DNA of 64,000 nt from an uncultured Rhabdochlamydiaceae bacterium (GTDB taxonomy: Bacteria; Chlamydiota; Chlamydiia; Chlamydiales; Rhabdochlamydiaceae): assembly GCA_963712275.1 (NCBI GenBank), contig CAVQHD010000001.1, forward strand, positions 352,001-416,000, written 5' to 3'. This document shows, piece by piece, positions 39,619 through 49,649 of this stretch (position 1 is the stretch's first letter; every line of letters begins with the position of its first letter). The position numbers were made by a program, and so were the translations under genes. Below the pieces are notes generated by a model. That model searched no databases. It saw only the letters and a list, made by a program, of their open reading frames with translations, and was not told where the DNA came from.

Positions 39619-41173
39619 ACAAACACATCAATGCATCTCGGTCAATTTTTCCATTAGGCGATAAAGGAAACTCCTTTACTTGAACAACAAAAGATGGAAC
39701 CATTATTTTAGGTAATAGACTTCTTAAATAATCAAGTAACGCTTTTTTTGACCCTGTTTTTTTGGAAGAAGTGATGTACGCCACTAATTGTTTTTTTCCT
39801 TTGGGATTAGCTTGAACTAGCACAGCAGATTCCTGTATGCCGGGATACTGAGAGATGTGATATTCAACTTCAGTAGGGTTAACCTCATTTCCACAAATTT
39901 GAGTATTGCAATCAATACGACCTAAAAATTCCAGTTCACCGTTTTGCAAAAATCGCCCTATATCACCTGTTCGATAAAGTCGAATGGTTTTGTGCCCCGA
40001 AAGCGTTACTTGAACAAATTTTTCATCTGTTAATGCTTTATTATTTAAGTATCCTCGCGCTAAGCCTATCCCGCCGATACATATTTCTCCCTTTACGCCT
40101 TTAGGCAATCTATTTAAATTCTGATCAAGAACGTAAACTTGGGTATTTGGCAGAGATTTACCAACTGTGACATGCTGGATAATCCGATCTTTAGGATCAT
40201 AAATTCTAGCTATTGTGGATCCTATAGCATACTCAGTAGGGCCATATTCATTATACAGAAGTGCATTAGACACTAACCTTGCATGTAAACTACATAAGCT
40301 TCTAGGTAAATTTTCACCTGTAAGGCTGACGCATTTCATGAAAGGGAATTGGTGATTCTTTTGGAGCAATTTTAAATATTGAGAAGGCACACAAATGATA
40401 AACTCGATTAAATTATCTTCGATAAATTTTTCCAGATCGTCAATCTTAGATTTTTTATCATAATTAAATAAATAAAGCGCTTCGTTATTAATTAAAGCAT
40501 GGAAAATAACCAGAAGGCTCGCATCAAAACATACCCCACCAGAAATAAGCATCCTCATGTTAGACGGATAGTAAGCATTATGCGCCAAAGCAATATTTGA
40601 GAGGCTTTTGTGAGTTACCATAATGCCCTTAGGCTCACCAGTGGAACCTGATGTATAGATTACATATGCTAAATTTTCTGGTTGCAATAAGACATCATTA
40701 TAAATATTTTTTACATTGCAATCAGAGCTAAATATTTTTTTGTCAATTCTTATGGCATTATCACACTTGAATAAGTGAACAAACTGAGGCTCTACTAGAA
40801 CTGCAGATGGGCTCCCATCCTTTAGCATATACTGCAAGCGATCTTTGGAGTATGTTGGATCAAGAGGAAAATAAGCTGCACCAGCTTTCATAATTCCTAG
40901 AATGCAAACTATAAAATCAGAACTCAGTGAAGAACACAAGCCAACCAAGTCTTCTGTTTTAACTCCAATTTTTCTTAGGTATTTGGCTAATCCGTCTGAC
41001 TTTCTATTAAGCTCGTCATATGTAAGACACCCATTTTCAGTCTCTACAATAACCTTCTGCGGGTTATTTTTTACCTGCTCAAGAAATAGCTGAATAAAAC
41101 TCTTATTTAAATTTTTAGCACTCTGCTGATCTTGTGCTACAGAACTATTTTTTAGAGAAACTTCAACTGCCAT
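39611..41173 (-). CDS. Stand-alone NRPS-type amino-acid adenylation enzyme (no T or C domain)
   Basis: LTYDEL, YTSGSTGEPKG, FDAS, NEYGPTE, GLARGYL, YRTGD, NGKIDR; the protein ends just after A10. Confidence 0.92.
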   Translation of the reverse strand: MAVEVSLKNSSVAQDQQSAKNLNKSFIQLFLEQVKNNPQKVIVETENGCLTYDELNRKSDGLAKYLRKIGVKTEDLVGLCSSLSSDFIVCILGIMKAGAAYFPLDPTYSKDRLQYMLKDGSPSAVLVEPQFVHLFKCDNAIRIDKKIFSSDCNVKNIYNDVLLQPENLAYVIYTSGSTGEPKGIMVTHKSLSNIALAHNAYYPSNMRMLISGGVCFDASLLVIFHALINNEALYLFNYDKKSKIDDLEKFIEDNLIEFIICVPSQYLKLLQKNHQFPFMKCVSLTGENLPRSLCSLHARLVSNALLYNEYGPTEYAIGSTIARIYDPKDRIIQHVTVGKSLPNTQVYVLDQNLNRLPKGVKGEICIGGIGLARGYLNNKALTDEKFVQVTLSGHKTIRLYRTGDIGRFLQNGELEFLGRIDCNTQICGNEVNPTEVEYHISQYPGIQESAVLVQANPKGKKQLVAYITSSKKTGSKKALLDYLRSLLPKIMVPSFVVQVKEFPLSPNGKIDRDALMCLYG

Positions 41174-41185
41174 TTAATCACCCTC

Positions 41186-42376
41186 CTATTCCTTGATACC
41201 TTGAAATCTGCTGTAAAACATCCATGAAACTGCAAAAGAGAAAAACGAAAATGATATCAAGTAAACCAATTCAAGCTTCAGCATGGTAAATAGCATTATA
41301 GCTATGGTTGCACATAAATATCCAAATGTATCTACTGAATCGGTTAACCCATATATCCGACCTTGCTCATGAACTTTTCGTTCTTTGGCCAACATAGATA
41401 AAAGAGCCGGTGATAAAAAAGCATTACCTAACGCATGGAAAAAATAGCATACCCGTAGAAGAAAAGTCTGATCTCCAACTATCTTGAATAAAATAAAATA
41501 TGGAACAAGAGATAAAAAAGATATATAGTATCCAGCTTTTATCACACTGGCATCTTTAATCCTACAGCAGAACATTAAAATAAAAACACCAAATAAATAG
41601 CCATACATCATTGATTCAGCAATATGTGTGGCTTTATTAAGCTGAAAATCAACTTGTGATAGAAGAATACTGTAAAGAGATGTTTCCCAGAAAAAAAAAG
41701 CTGCTAAGGCTTTCACAGTAGGAATATGCTTTAAATCTCTCGCAAGCAACCTGGCCTCATTTTTGAGTACAGATATGGCTGAACGACTATTGCTTAAATG
41801 AAAATTTTCTCCTTCTTTATCTTCAGGACTACCAAGCAAATTAACACAAAATATAATTACAATAAAAAACAAAATTAAATAAACATTAATTTTTTCATTC
41901 AACATCTTTTCCGAAAATATTTCTACAGCTGAGGCAAGAACTAAATAAGCTAACGCATAAGCAGCTGTCGAAAAAGCAAATAATAATCTGTAATTTTTAT
42001 CGCGCGTGTCAGCTATTACCGCAAGAGATATAGGCAAAGTATTACCAAAAACTCCCTTTGAAATTGTTGCTATAATTAATATTGAAAAATAACTAAATTT
42101 AAGATTAAAAATATAAACAAATAAAAGACTCAAAAGAGAGAACGATAATGAGACAATTAAGCTTCTTTTTCTACCAAAAAGATCCGAAAGCCCTGATTGA
42201 ATTGGCGCAAAAAGAATTTGCATTATTACAAAACTTAAGAAGAAAGCAAATGCTATAACATTTGATTGCTCATTATAAATGATGCCTATAAAATTCTCAC
42301 AAACTATATCAGCAAAAATGAACGTAAAGATAAGGAATATTATTAAAACCTTTCGATTGTTATAGATATTCTTCAC
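41186..42376 (-). CDS. MFS transporter (DHA1/TetA-like)
   Basis: Motif A GLSDLFGRK and about 12 hydrophobic segments; GTG 42376 overlaps the upstream TGA. Confidence 0.85.
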   Translation of the reverse strand: MKNIYNNRKVLIIFLIFTFIFADIVCENFIGIIYNEQSNVIAFAFFLSFVIMQILFAPIQSGLSDLFGRKRSLIVSLSFSLLSLLFVYIFNLKFSYFSILIIATISKGVFGNTLPISLAVIADTRDKNYRLLFAFSTAAYALAYLVLASAVEIFSEKMLNEKINVYLILFFIVIIFCVNLLGSPEDKEGENFHLSNSRSAISVLKNEARLLARDLKHIPTVKALAAFFFWETSLYSILLSQVDFQLNKATHIAESMMYGYLFGVFILMFCCRIKDASVIKAGYYISFLSLVPYFILFKIVGDQTFLLRVCYFFHALGNAFLSPALLSMLAKERKVHEQGRIYGLTDSVDTFGYLCATIAIMLFTMLKLELVYLISFSFFSFAVSWMFYSRFQGIKE

Positions 42377-43965
42377 AATGGAATTTCTCCAGTAATCTTT
42401 TCTACTTCTTTCAAAAGACGCCCTGATTTGACCAATTTTGCAAGTCCTTCCAAATAATCGGTTAAACACTGATCTGAAGTCAAATAAGGCACTATTTCTC
42501 GAGTAATTTCTAAAGCACGTTTTGTTGCCATTCCTAAAAGGTTGGCGTTTCGAAATTCAGCAGCTTGTGCACTGCACAGAAGTTCAAATGCAACAATATA
42601 TGAAGTATTGTCGTAAAGTTCTTTTGCTCGTCGGGCTGCGACTAATCCTAGTGATACGATATCTTGAAAATCTCCCGTAGAAGTCAGCGATTGCGTTGAC
42701 ACGGGATGGCATAAAGAGCGGTTCTCTGCGGTCAAAGAAGTTGCCATGAATTGCCCTCCCATTAACCCTAACCTAAGCCCAGGGCTTTCACTACAGAGAA
42801 AAGCGGGAAGACCATTACTATGATGTTTATCCATAAAACGATCAATACGCCGATCGGATAAATTAGACAAAGTTGTCAATGAAATTCCTAGATAATCCAT
42901 AGCCATAGAGATGTATTGTCCATGAAAATGACCGTTGTGAAAAACTTCCTTACAATCACAGAGAATCAATGGATTATCATTACTTGAGTTAAGCTCACTT
43001 GTAACGATAGACTTTATCCATTTGAGGGTATCTCTTATAGGGCCCAAAATATGAGGAGTACACCGAATAGAATAAGAATCCTCTATTGAGACTTCTGTCG
43101 AAGTTGGAGTTGAAGAAAAACTTTCCCTTAACTGCTTCTCTACATCTGCTTCATCTACAACCATTCTACTATCTTTTAGAAGAGCCCAAATGTTTTCCGC
43201 TGTTCTTAACTGTCCTGCATGAGGCTTCTGTTGATGTACAATTGGATTAAATGGCTTTTTTTTCGCTTTAAGCCCTTCAAAGGCTAGACACGAAATAATA
43301 TCATATGTTTTTATTAGAACGGTTGATTGCTCTACAAGCAAGGAAGCTAGGCCCACCATTGTAGAAGTTCCATTAATCAAGCTTAATCCTTCTTTAAATG
43401 TAAGCTTCATTGGCTCGATCCCAACCATTTTTAAGACTTTATCTCCAGGAAAAACCTGATCTTTATATTTTGCTTTCCACTTTCCAGTAGCAACCAGTGC
43501 AATATAAGCCAAAGGGCCCAAATCTCCGCTAGCACCCAGCGATCCTTTTGATGGAACGCAGGGAATAATACCCGCATTGTAAATTGCTAATAGTTTATTA
43601 AAATTTTCCAGGGAAATCGCTGAAGTTCCTCGAGCAAGAGAATTCAACCGTGCTAAAATACTAGCTCTTACAATATTGTCATCCAAATGCGGACCAACAT
43701 TTGTGGCAACAGCAGCAATTAAGTTTTGTTGCAATTCCTGAGCATATTGTGTTGGGATGAGCCAGTTGACGAACCCTCCCAAGCTTGTATTGACACCATA
43801 GATAACCCTCCCATCATTAACAAATTTTTTCATCAATTGATGGGAGGCTTCTATACGAGCAGCAACCTCTTGCGTGATCAAAATTTTTTGTTCTATGTTT
43901 TCAACAGCTTGAAAAACGTCCTGAGTAGATAAAGAATTCCCATTTAAAAACAAGCGTCCTCGCAT
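42373..43965 (-). CDS. MIO-dependent phenylalanine aminomutase/ammonia-lyase, AdmH/EncP type
   Basis: GSLGASGDL (ASG), YGVNTSLGGF, NLIAAVATNVG, KEGLSLINGT, YSIRC and NDNP. Confidence 0.88.
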   Translation of the reverse strand: MRGRLFLNGNSLSTQDVFQAVENIEQKILITQEVAARIEASHQLMKKFVNDGRVIYGVNTSLGGFVNWLIPTQYAQELQQNLIAAVATNVGPHLDDNIVRASILARLNSLARGTSAISLENFNKLLAIYNAGIIPCVPSKGSLGASGDLGPLAYIALVATGKWKAKYKDQVFPGDKVLKMVGIEPMKLTFKEGLSLINGTSTMVGLASLLVEQSTVLIKTYDIISCLAFEGLKAKKKPFNPIVHQQKPHAGQLRTAENIWALLKDSRMVVDEADVEKQLRESFSSTPTSTEVSIEDSYSIRCTPHILGPIRDTLKWIKSIVTSELNSSNDNPLILCDCKEVFHNGHFHGQYISMAMDYLGISLTTLSNLSDRRIDRFMDKHHSNGLPAFLCSESPGLRLGLMGGQFMATSLTAENRSLCHPVSTQSLTSTGDFQDIVSLGLVAARRAKELYDNTSYIVAFELLCSAQAAEFRNANLLGMATKRALEITREIVPYLTSDQCLTDYLEGLAKLVKSGRLLKEVEKITGEIPL

Positions 43966-44252
43966 TGGCTAAAAGAGTGCTGTAGCATATTAGCCAAAAA
44001 ATACCAACCAATACGAAGAGCTATATATGGGAAGCAATGACTAATCGAATCGGAGCGAAGTTCTCTCTTTAGTTTTTCTAAGATGAGTATTTCTCGGGAA
44101 GATTTTTTTACCATAGACTTTCCTAGTTTAAAATCAAAAAAAGAATAACCAAAAGGCTGCTTATTTTTCTATCTCTTCGTATCCAATAAAAAAACAACTT
44201 AAGGCAAAAACTCGCCAAAATACAACCATAATTCGTTAGCAATCAATCGATA

Positions 44253-44345
44253 ATGCATATAAAACAGATTAGCGAGCCTCAAAAAACCTTATCTCATTTT
44301 CTAGATTGGAACAAGGTTAGACTTTCTTGCCTGATCCAAAGCTTC
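44253..44345 (+). pseudogene. Possible N-terminal remnant of an IS4-family transposase
   Basis: ISEPQKTLSHFLDWNKVRLSCL recalls IS4-type N-termini; the frame then runs into an opposite-strand gene. Confidence 0.4.
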
Positions 44346-44647
44346 TTATTTTTCTTCTTCCCAAAGGCCTTCTGTCCTAATGCCGGTAAATTTATCCCAT
44401 GCTCTGCAATAACCTATGGCATTTTCTCCCAGATATTTAGCGAATTTACTGAAATTAAGTTCATCGGGATCTTTGCTCATCAAATATTCTAAAAATGATG
44501 TTGCTATTGCATTTTGCACTGATTCATTGCCATTGCAGAGCAAAAACTCAACGAAATCGAAAATTTTTTTGATTTCAACCTCGTCATCGGACTTTATCGT
44601 ATCTATAGCATATTCCTCAAAAGGCATCATCTGAATATTCAGCCCTA
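44346..44647 (-). pseudogene. Small hypothetical gene, 5'-truncated by IS630
   Basis: Protein-like sequence (IFDFVEFLL...VQNAIATSFLE) whose apparent start lies inside the IS TIR. Confidence 0.55.
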
Positions 44648-44648
44648 T

Positions 44649-46063
44649 GTACCAGACCAAAAAAGTCTTGAGGAGTGAAATCGGGTTACGCTACCGCGCT
44701 GCTGGTTTGTTTTGCCGCCGTCTCCAAGAGCTTGGGATTGCAGGTGACCCCTCTAAAAAAAATCTTGAGAAGCGCATGCGTTTCACAGTACACTGCTACG
44801 ATCACAGGCGTTCCCCTTATTTGATTTGCCGTAAAAAGTCTTGAGGAGTGCGCAAATAATTAAGTGTAAGCATAGCGTGAAAAAATACACTGTAAAATTG
44901 ACAGATGAAGAGAGACTTGAGCTGCACAATCTGTGTTCTTCAGGAAAGCGGGCTTCCAGAAAAATTAGAAAAGCCAACATTTTACTTCAAGCCGACAAAG
45001 GTTTTTCTGACGACGAAATTTCAAATAACCTTTGCGTAGGGCATGCCACCATCGAGCGCACTCGACGACGCTTTGTCGAAGGAAATTTGGCATATGCATT
45101 AGATGATTTTTCTCGTGCTGGCCGCCCGAAAAAATTTGATGGAATTCAAGAGGCAGCACTTGTTGCCCTCGCGTGTACGACCCCTCCTCAAGGCCGATGT
45201 ACCTGGACAGCAGAATTACTTGCCGAGCAAATGATTCATTTGGGGGTCGTTGAAGTCATTTCACCTGAAAGCGTGCGATTGATCTTGAAAAGGAACGACT
45301 TAAAACCGTGGCAAAAACAGGAGTGGTGCATTCCAAAAATTGATGCCGAATATGTGTGGCGGATGGAAGAAATCCTCGAGCTTTACGGAGATCCCTTCGA
45401 TGTGGACCGTCCTGTGGTCTGTTTTGATGAAAAGCCATGTCAGTTAATTGCAGAAAGCCGTCCTTCCATTCCTATGAAGCCCGGGCAGCTTTTAAAAAGA
45501 GACTACGAGTATGAACGTAGAGGAACAGCGAATCTTTTCATGTTTGTACAGCCTTTAGACGGATGGCGACATGTCACAGTCACTGAGCATAGGACAAAAC
45601 ACGACTTTGCGGAGTGCATGATTGACTTGGCTACTGTTCATTTTCCCAAAGCTGAAAAAATCAGCATCGTCATGGATAACCTTAACACGCATTCACCAGC
45701 AACACTTTATGAATATTTACCTCCTGCTGAAGCAAGGAGACTTGTCAAAAGGCTCGACTTTCAATATACCCCCAAGCATGCAAGCTGGTTAAATATGGCC
45801 GAGATAGAGATATCGGTGCTAAACAAAGAGTGTTTGAATAATCGCTATCTTCCCACAATGGAAGTGCTCAAGAGCGAAGTACTGGCATGGGAACAACAAA
45901 GAAATTTGAGAAGAGCTAAGGTGAACTGGATGTTTGCTATTGAAGATGCGCGCAAAAAGAGGGGTCACCTGCAATCCCAAGCTCTTGGAGACGGCGGCAA
46001 AACAAACCAGCAGCGCGGTAGCGTAACCCGATTTCACTCCTCAAGACTTTTTTGGTCTGGTAC
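44649..46063 (+). mobile_element. IS630-family element with 106-bp perfect TIRs
   Basis: 44649-44754 is the exact reverse complement of 45958-46063; TA at 44646-44647 and 46064-46065. Confidence 0.9.
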
Positions 46064-46082
46064 TAGGACCACAATTGTCTAA
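44877..46082 (+). CDS. IS630-family transposase, single ORF reading through the right TIR
   Basis: HTH region and DDE motifs CFDEKP, MDNLNTH, WLNMAEIE. Confidence 0.9.
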   Translation: MKKYTVKLTDEERLELHNLCSSGKRASRKIRKANILLQADKGFSDDEISNNLCVGHATIERTRRRFVEGNLAYALDDFSRAGRPKKFDGIQEAALVALACTTPPQGRCTWTAELLAEQMIHLGVVEVISPESVRLILKRNDLKPWQKQEWCIPKIDAEYVWRMEEILELYGDPFDVDRPVVCFDEKPCQLIAESRPSIPMKPGQLLKRDYEYERRGTANLFMFVQPLDGWRHVTVTEHRTKHDFAECMIDLATVHFPKAEKISIVMDNLNTHSPATLYEYLPPAEARRLVKRLDFQYTPKHASWLNMAEIEISVLNKECLNNRYLPTMEVLKSEVLAWEQQRNLRRAKVNWMFAIEDARKKRGHLQSQALGDGGKTNQQRGSVTRFHSSRLFWSGTRTTIV

Positions 46083-46301
46083 AAAAATAAATTTTAAAAT
46101 AATTTATTCTTTTGTTTATTATAATTATTAATATCTAATTAAAAATTATTTTTATATTGATTAAATTGTTATAATTAAATATAATCATTTTCATGATTAT
46201 TCCATATCATTTAAGCAATACACTTTCCTGGTGGAAAAGCGAAATCAAAGCTCATTGGCGAGATCACATTGGCTCAGCTTCAGCTTTGCTCGCAATTACT
46301 A

Positions 46302-47876
46302 GAGGGAATTGCAAAACTAGAAACGAAAAAGTGATTTTTCGGGGATAGTGAATGCAAACCGGTTGGCAGGCCCCGAAAAATCACTTTTTCGATTCCAGTC
46401 TCGTAATTTTAGATGTTTTATCCAAAAAATCTTCACTGTGAGAACAAGCGGGAGCCCATTTGATCATTGGCCAGAAGACTTTTTCACCCTACAGCAAGAT
46501 TACGTGACCAATTTCATCAATTGGTCGGCTGTCAATACCAACACGCCAAACATAAGATGGCACGCAACCTTACTAAGTCCGCGCACCCTGAGTTTGCAAG
46601 CACCAAATTCGTCTTTCAGACGAGAATTGGTTCGTTCCGCAGCTGTCCTTTCATTATAACGCAGTGTTTCTGGGAAAATTAAATTCAGAGTTCTTCTTGC
46701 AAGACTTTCCGCTTCAAGGTCTTTTTTGAGCTGTTTGTCTGCTCTTGGATTCTTATCGATTAGGGGCTTGTGTCCGAGAGATTGGCTATGTGCGATAATA
46801 CCTGGGATGTCGTAAGCGGCATCCATGAGGTCATAGCAGTTGATGATTCTCGTGGCAGTTAAAGTGGCCAGAGGAATTGCAACCTGACTGTCATGAACTG
46901 AAGCTGAAGTAACAATAGCGCTGACAGGGATGCCTCCGTCAATGGTATCTAAATGTAACTTGTAGCCAGTCCAGTACATTGTATTACCTTTGCTGTCTTT
47001 TTTAGCACCTTTGTCGCATGCTGTCGGTAAATCAGCCAGCATTTCTTCTAGCGTCATCGTTTTTTGTCTGTCTATGCGCGTAGGTTCGGGTTTGGCTCGT
47101 TTTTGGCCTTTTTTAGGGCGACCTTTTTTCTTTGGCTCCAATTCCTGATCCGGATCTTCACTGTTTTGCGTTGCCTTGTTCTTAGTTTTGGTTTGCGGCC
47201 GTTCTCGAGCCTCGATTGCGGTTGAATCGCGTGAATTATGCAAAACGACTTCGTTTTTCAATGTCTTTACAATCAGCGCCTCATGTGCGCGCTGAGGAAG
47301 CCCTGTTTTAGCAAACTCAGTGAAGGCTCTAGAAAAAGTAGCCTCACTAGGCAGTTCAGACAGAGATTCCCACCCACAAATACGTCGTAGGTTTTTATCG
47401 CTTTTCAAGCGATCAATCAAAAATGTTGTCGTATCGAGATTGTATACCATTTTAACAACGAATGATCTGGCAATTGCTGAACGTGTTTTTTGTGGGCGGC
47501 CCTCACATCCGTAATAGCAAGGAAGAAAGTCTTCGATGCGTACCACTTCCAAAATAGAAACCAATTGTTGCTGCTTTTCTGTCAGTGGATCGAGCTCTTC
47601 TTCTAACCAAGCGAAAAGAGAGCCTTGAATTTTTTCCCAATATTTTGATAAAGTGTCTGTCAGCTGACCCACGTGGTTTGCTCCTTGCTCTGATGTGATT
47701 GTTTGTCAGAAAGCTAATTATATCAGACGCAAGGTGTTTGTTAAAAGTGACTTGTGGTTGAAAATCGCAACGCTATTACAGAAATGACGAAAGGGAAGAC
47801 TTTTTCGGAGTTGCTGTAGGTTTTGCTAAAACGGACCCGAAAAAGTCTTCCCTTTCGTTAGTTTTGCAATTCCCTC
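46302..47876 (-). mobile_element. 1575-bp DDE IS (IS5/IS1182-like), copy 1; 18-bp TIR GAGGGAATTGCAAAACTA; TSD ACTA
   Basis: TIRs visible at both ends; ACTA at 46298-46301 and 47877-47880. Confidence 0.93.
46500..47672 (-). CDS. DDE transposase
   Basis: PSEATFSR, RDSTAI, GYKLH, MDAAYD and AERTNSRLK. Confidence 0.9.
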   Translation of the reverse strand: MGQLTDTLSKYWEKIQGSLFAWLEEELDPLTEKQQQLVSILEVVRIEDFLPCYYGCEGRPQKTRSAIARSFVVKMVYNLDTTTFLIDRLKSDKNLRRICGWESLSELPSEATFSRAFTEFAKTGLPQRAHEALIVKTLKNEVVLHNSRDSTAIEARERPQTKTKNKATQNSEDPDQELEPKKKGRPKKGQKRAKPEPTRIDRQKTMTLEEMLADLPTACDKGAKKDSKGNTMYWTGYKLHLDTIDGGIPVSAIVTSASVHDSQVAIPLATLTATRIINCYDLMDAAYDIPGIIAHSQSLGHKPLIDKNPRADKQLKKDLEAESLARRTLNLIFPETLRYNERTAAERTNSRLKDEFGACKLRVRGLSKVACHLMFGVLVLTADQLMKLVT

Positions 47877-49649
47877 ACTAATATAGTACATAGAGTAGGT
47901 GGCAAGTACGCTTCTTCCGCTTTTATGACAGCCTCCATTGTCAATTATCCCTCTCTCATGGGGCGTGTAAAAGCTTCATGTTCGATAGAGCCCCATATAA
48001 CATCTCAAATTGCCGCTATTGCTAGTATCCCTGTAATCTATTTTTTACAGACGGATTTCTGTGCAAGGTTATTTAACTATCCTGCAAGAGATTCAGCCCA
48101 ACAATTTTCAGGACTTCAGTTAGTGAGTACTATAGTGCTGGTGGCCTCCTCTATATTCTATGCCTCCAGACCGATCCTTCAGCTAACGGGCACTATAGCA
48201 TCAGTGTTTTCTTCTATGTGCTACATTCCAAGCCAACTCTACACATTTTCAAGAAATTTTTTTTCTGGATCTGGGAATTTTCTTGAATCAACTCATCAAA
48301 ATGCTAGAGGAACCAGAGATAATGATAAATTACAAACGGCTGTGGAAAAAGCTGAAGAACAACTTGAAAATCTTCAAAGAGACCTTAATGCTCGAAAAGA
48401 TAAAATCCTAGAACAAGCCCAACATCGGGAGAACTTAGTTCAAGGTCTAGAAGATCAGGTGGATTCAATAACAATGATGTTTGAAAATATGTTATCCACC
48501 TCAGATTCTCCCCCAATTTACGTATTAGAACTTGATCAATTTTCGCAAGCGATTGATCTCGAGAAACTCGATTCAACACTGAATGAGCTTACATTAGAAT
48601 TTGAAGAAATCTCATCAATCTATGGCGAGCAGATCCTTCTTCTTCCTCAACTTATTGAGGATATAAAAGATGCAAAGAAAAAACTTAAAATTGTTAAAAA
48701 TCTGTCAGAAAAAACTCTTCAAGAACATAAGGATCTTTTAGATGAGATAAGTCTCTTGGAAAAACTAATTATCCAAGAAGAAAATGCTCAGAGAGGATTG
48801 CTTCGGCAAACGGAAGAACTAATATACATAGAACATCCAACAAAAGAATCTATTAGCTCCGATGTTAAAATCTTAAGCTGTGAAATATTAACAAACCAAA
48901 ACAATTCTACTCAGAAAGCTAGAGAAGAATCTTTCAACAAATCAGGAATAAGCAATTCGCTTAAAATTCATTTTACAACATTATATAAAAATATATTAGA
49001 AAAAAAAGATGATCTTACAAATTTGGAAGAAGTGAAAAATCGCATATGTGAAGCTCTTTCAAGAATAGAAAAAAACAGACAAGAAAACTCCCAGCTATTC
49101 GACTGTCTAAAAAAGACCACCGCTTCTTCCACTTCGTTATCATACATAAATGAATGCCCTAAAGATCAAATAGAAACAACATTTACATTCTTATTGAAAA
49201 TTGTCTCTTTCTTAACAGATGTAAGAAAAATAGAATCTCTAGATCGCGCTCGTTTCTGGGCATTATCTTTAAAAAACCAAACCAGGGAACTCGAATCCGA
49301 AAAAGTCGAACTAGACAGTAAAATCGATTCCTTGAGACCCCTCCTTAAAAAATTGCGAATGCTTTTGGAAGAACGCCAAAAAAAAACATTGGATTTACAA
49401 GATCTTCTTAAAGAAGGTCAGGAAAAAGCACTTAGTAAATCCTGATGAGATCAAACCACTGATAATTCATGTCTATCCTCGTTAAATACTCCGTTTGTCC
49501 CAACGAATCTTCCCTTACTCCTTGAACAGCTCCTTCGCAATACTTTCACTCTTCAAAATCATGGCCCCATGAATTTTTACTAATACCCCACCCTCCTACG
49601 TTATCGTCATCGTAGGCAATTATTTTATCCAAACTTAGCAGAATTAATA

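Larger units (their letters stand above)
46193..49445 (+). pseudogene. Inc-like TM + coiled-coil gene (557 aa when reconstructed) interrupted by an IS; the 3' part is ORF 47925-49445
   Basis: Removing the IS and one ACTA joins ATG 46193 in frame to ATG 47925, adding 51 codons. Confidence 0.85.

Noticed and set aside
42373..43965. Annotation as histidine ammonia-lyase (hutH)
   Set aside because: The specificity segment is AVATNVG rather than the SH-containing HutH motif, and no hut genes are adjacent.
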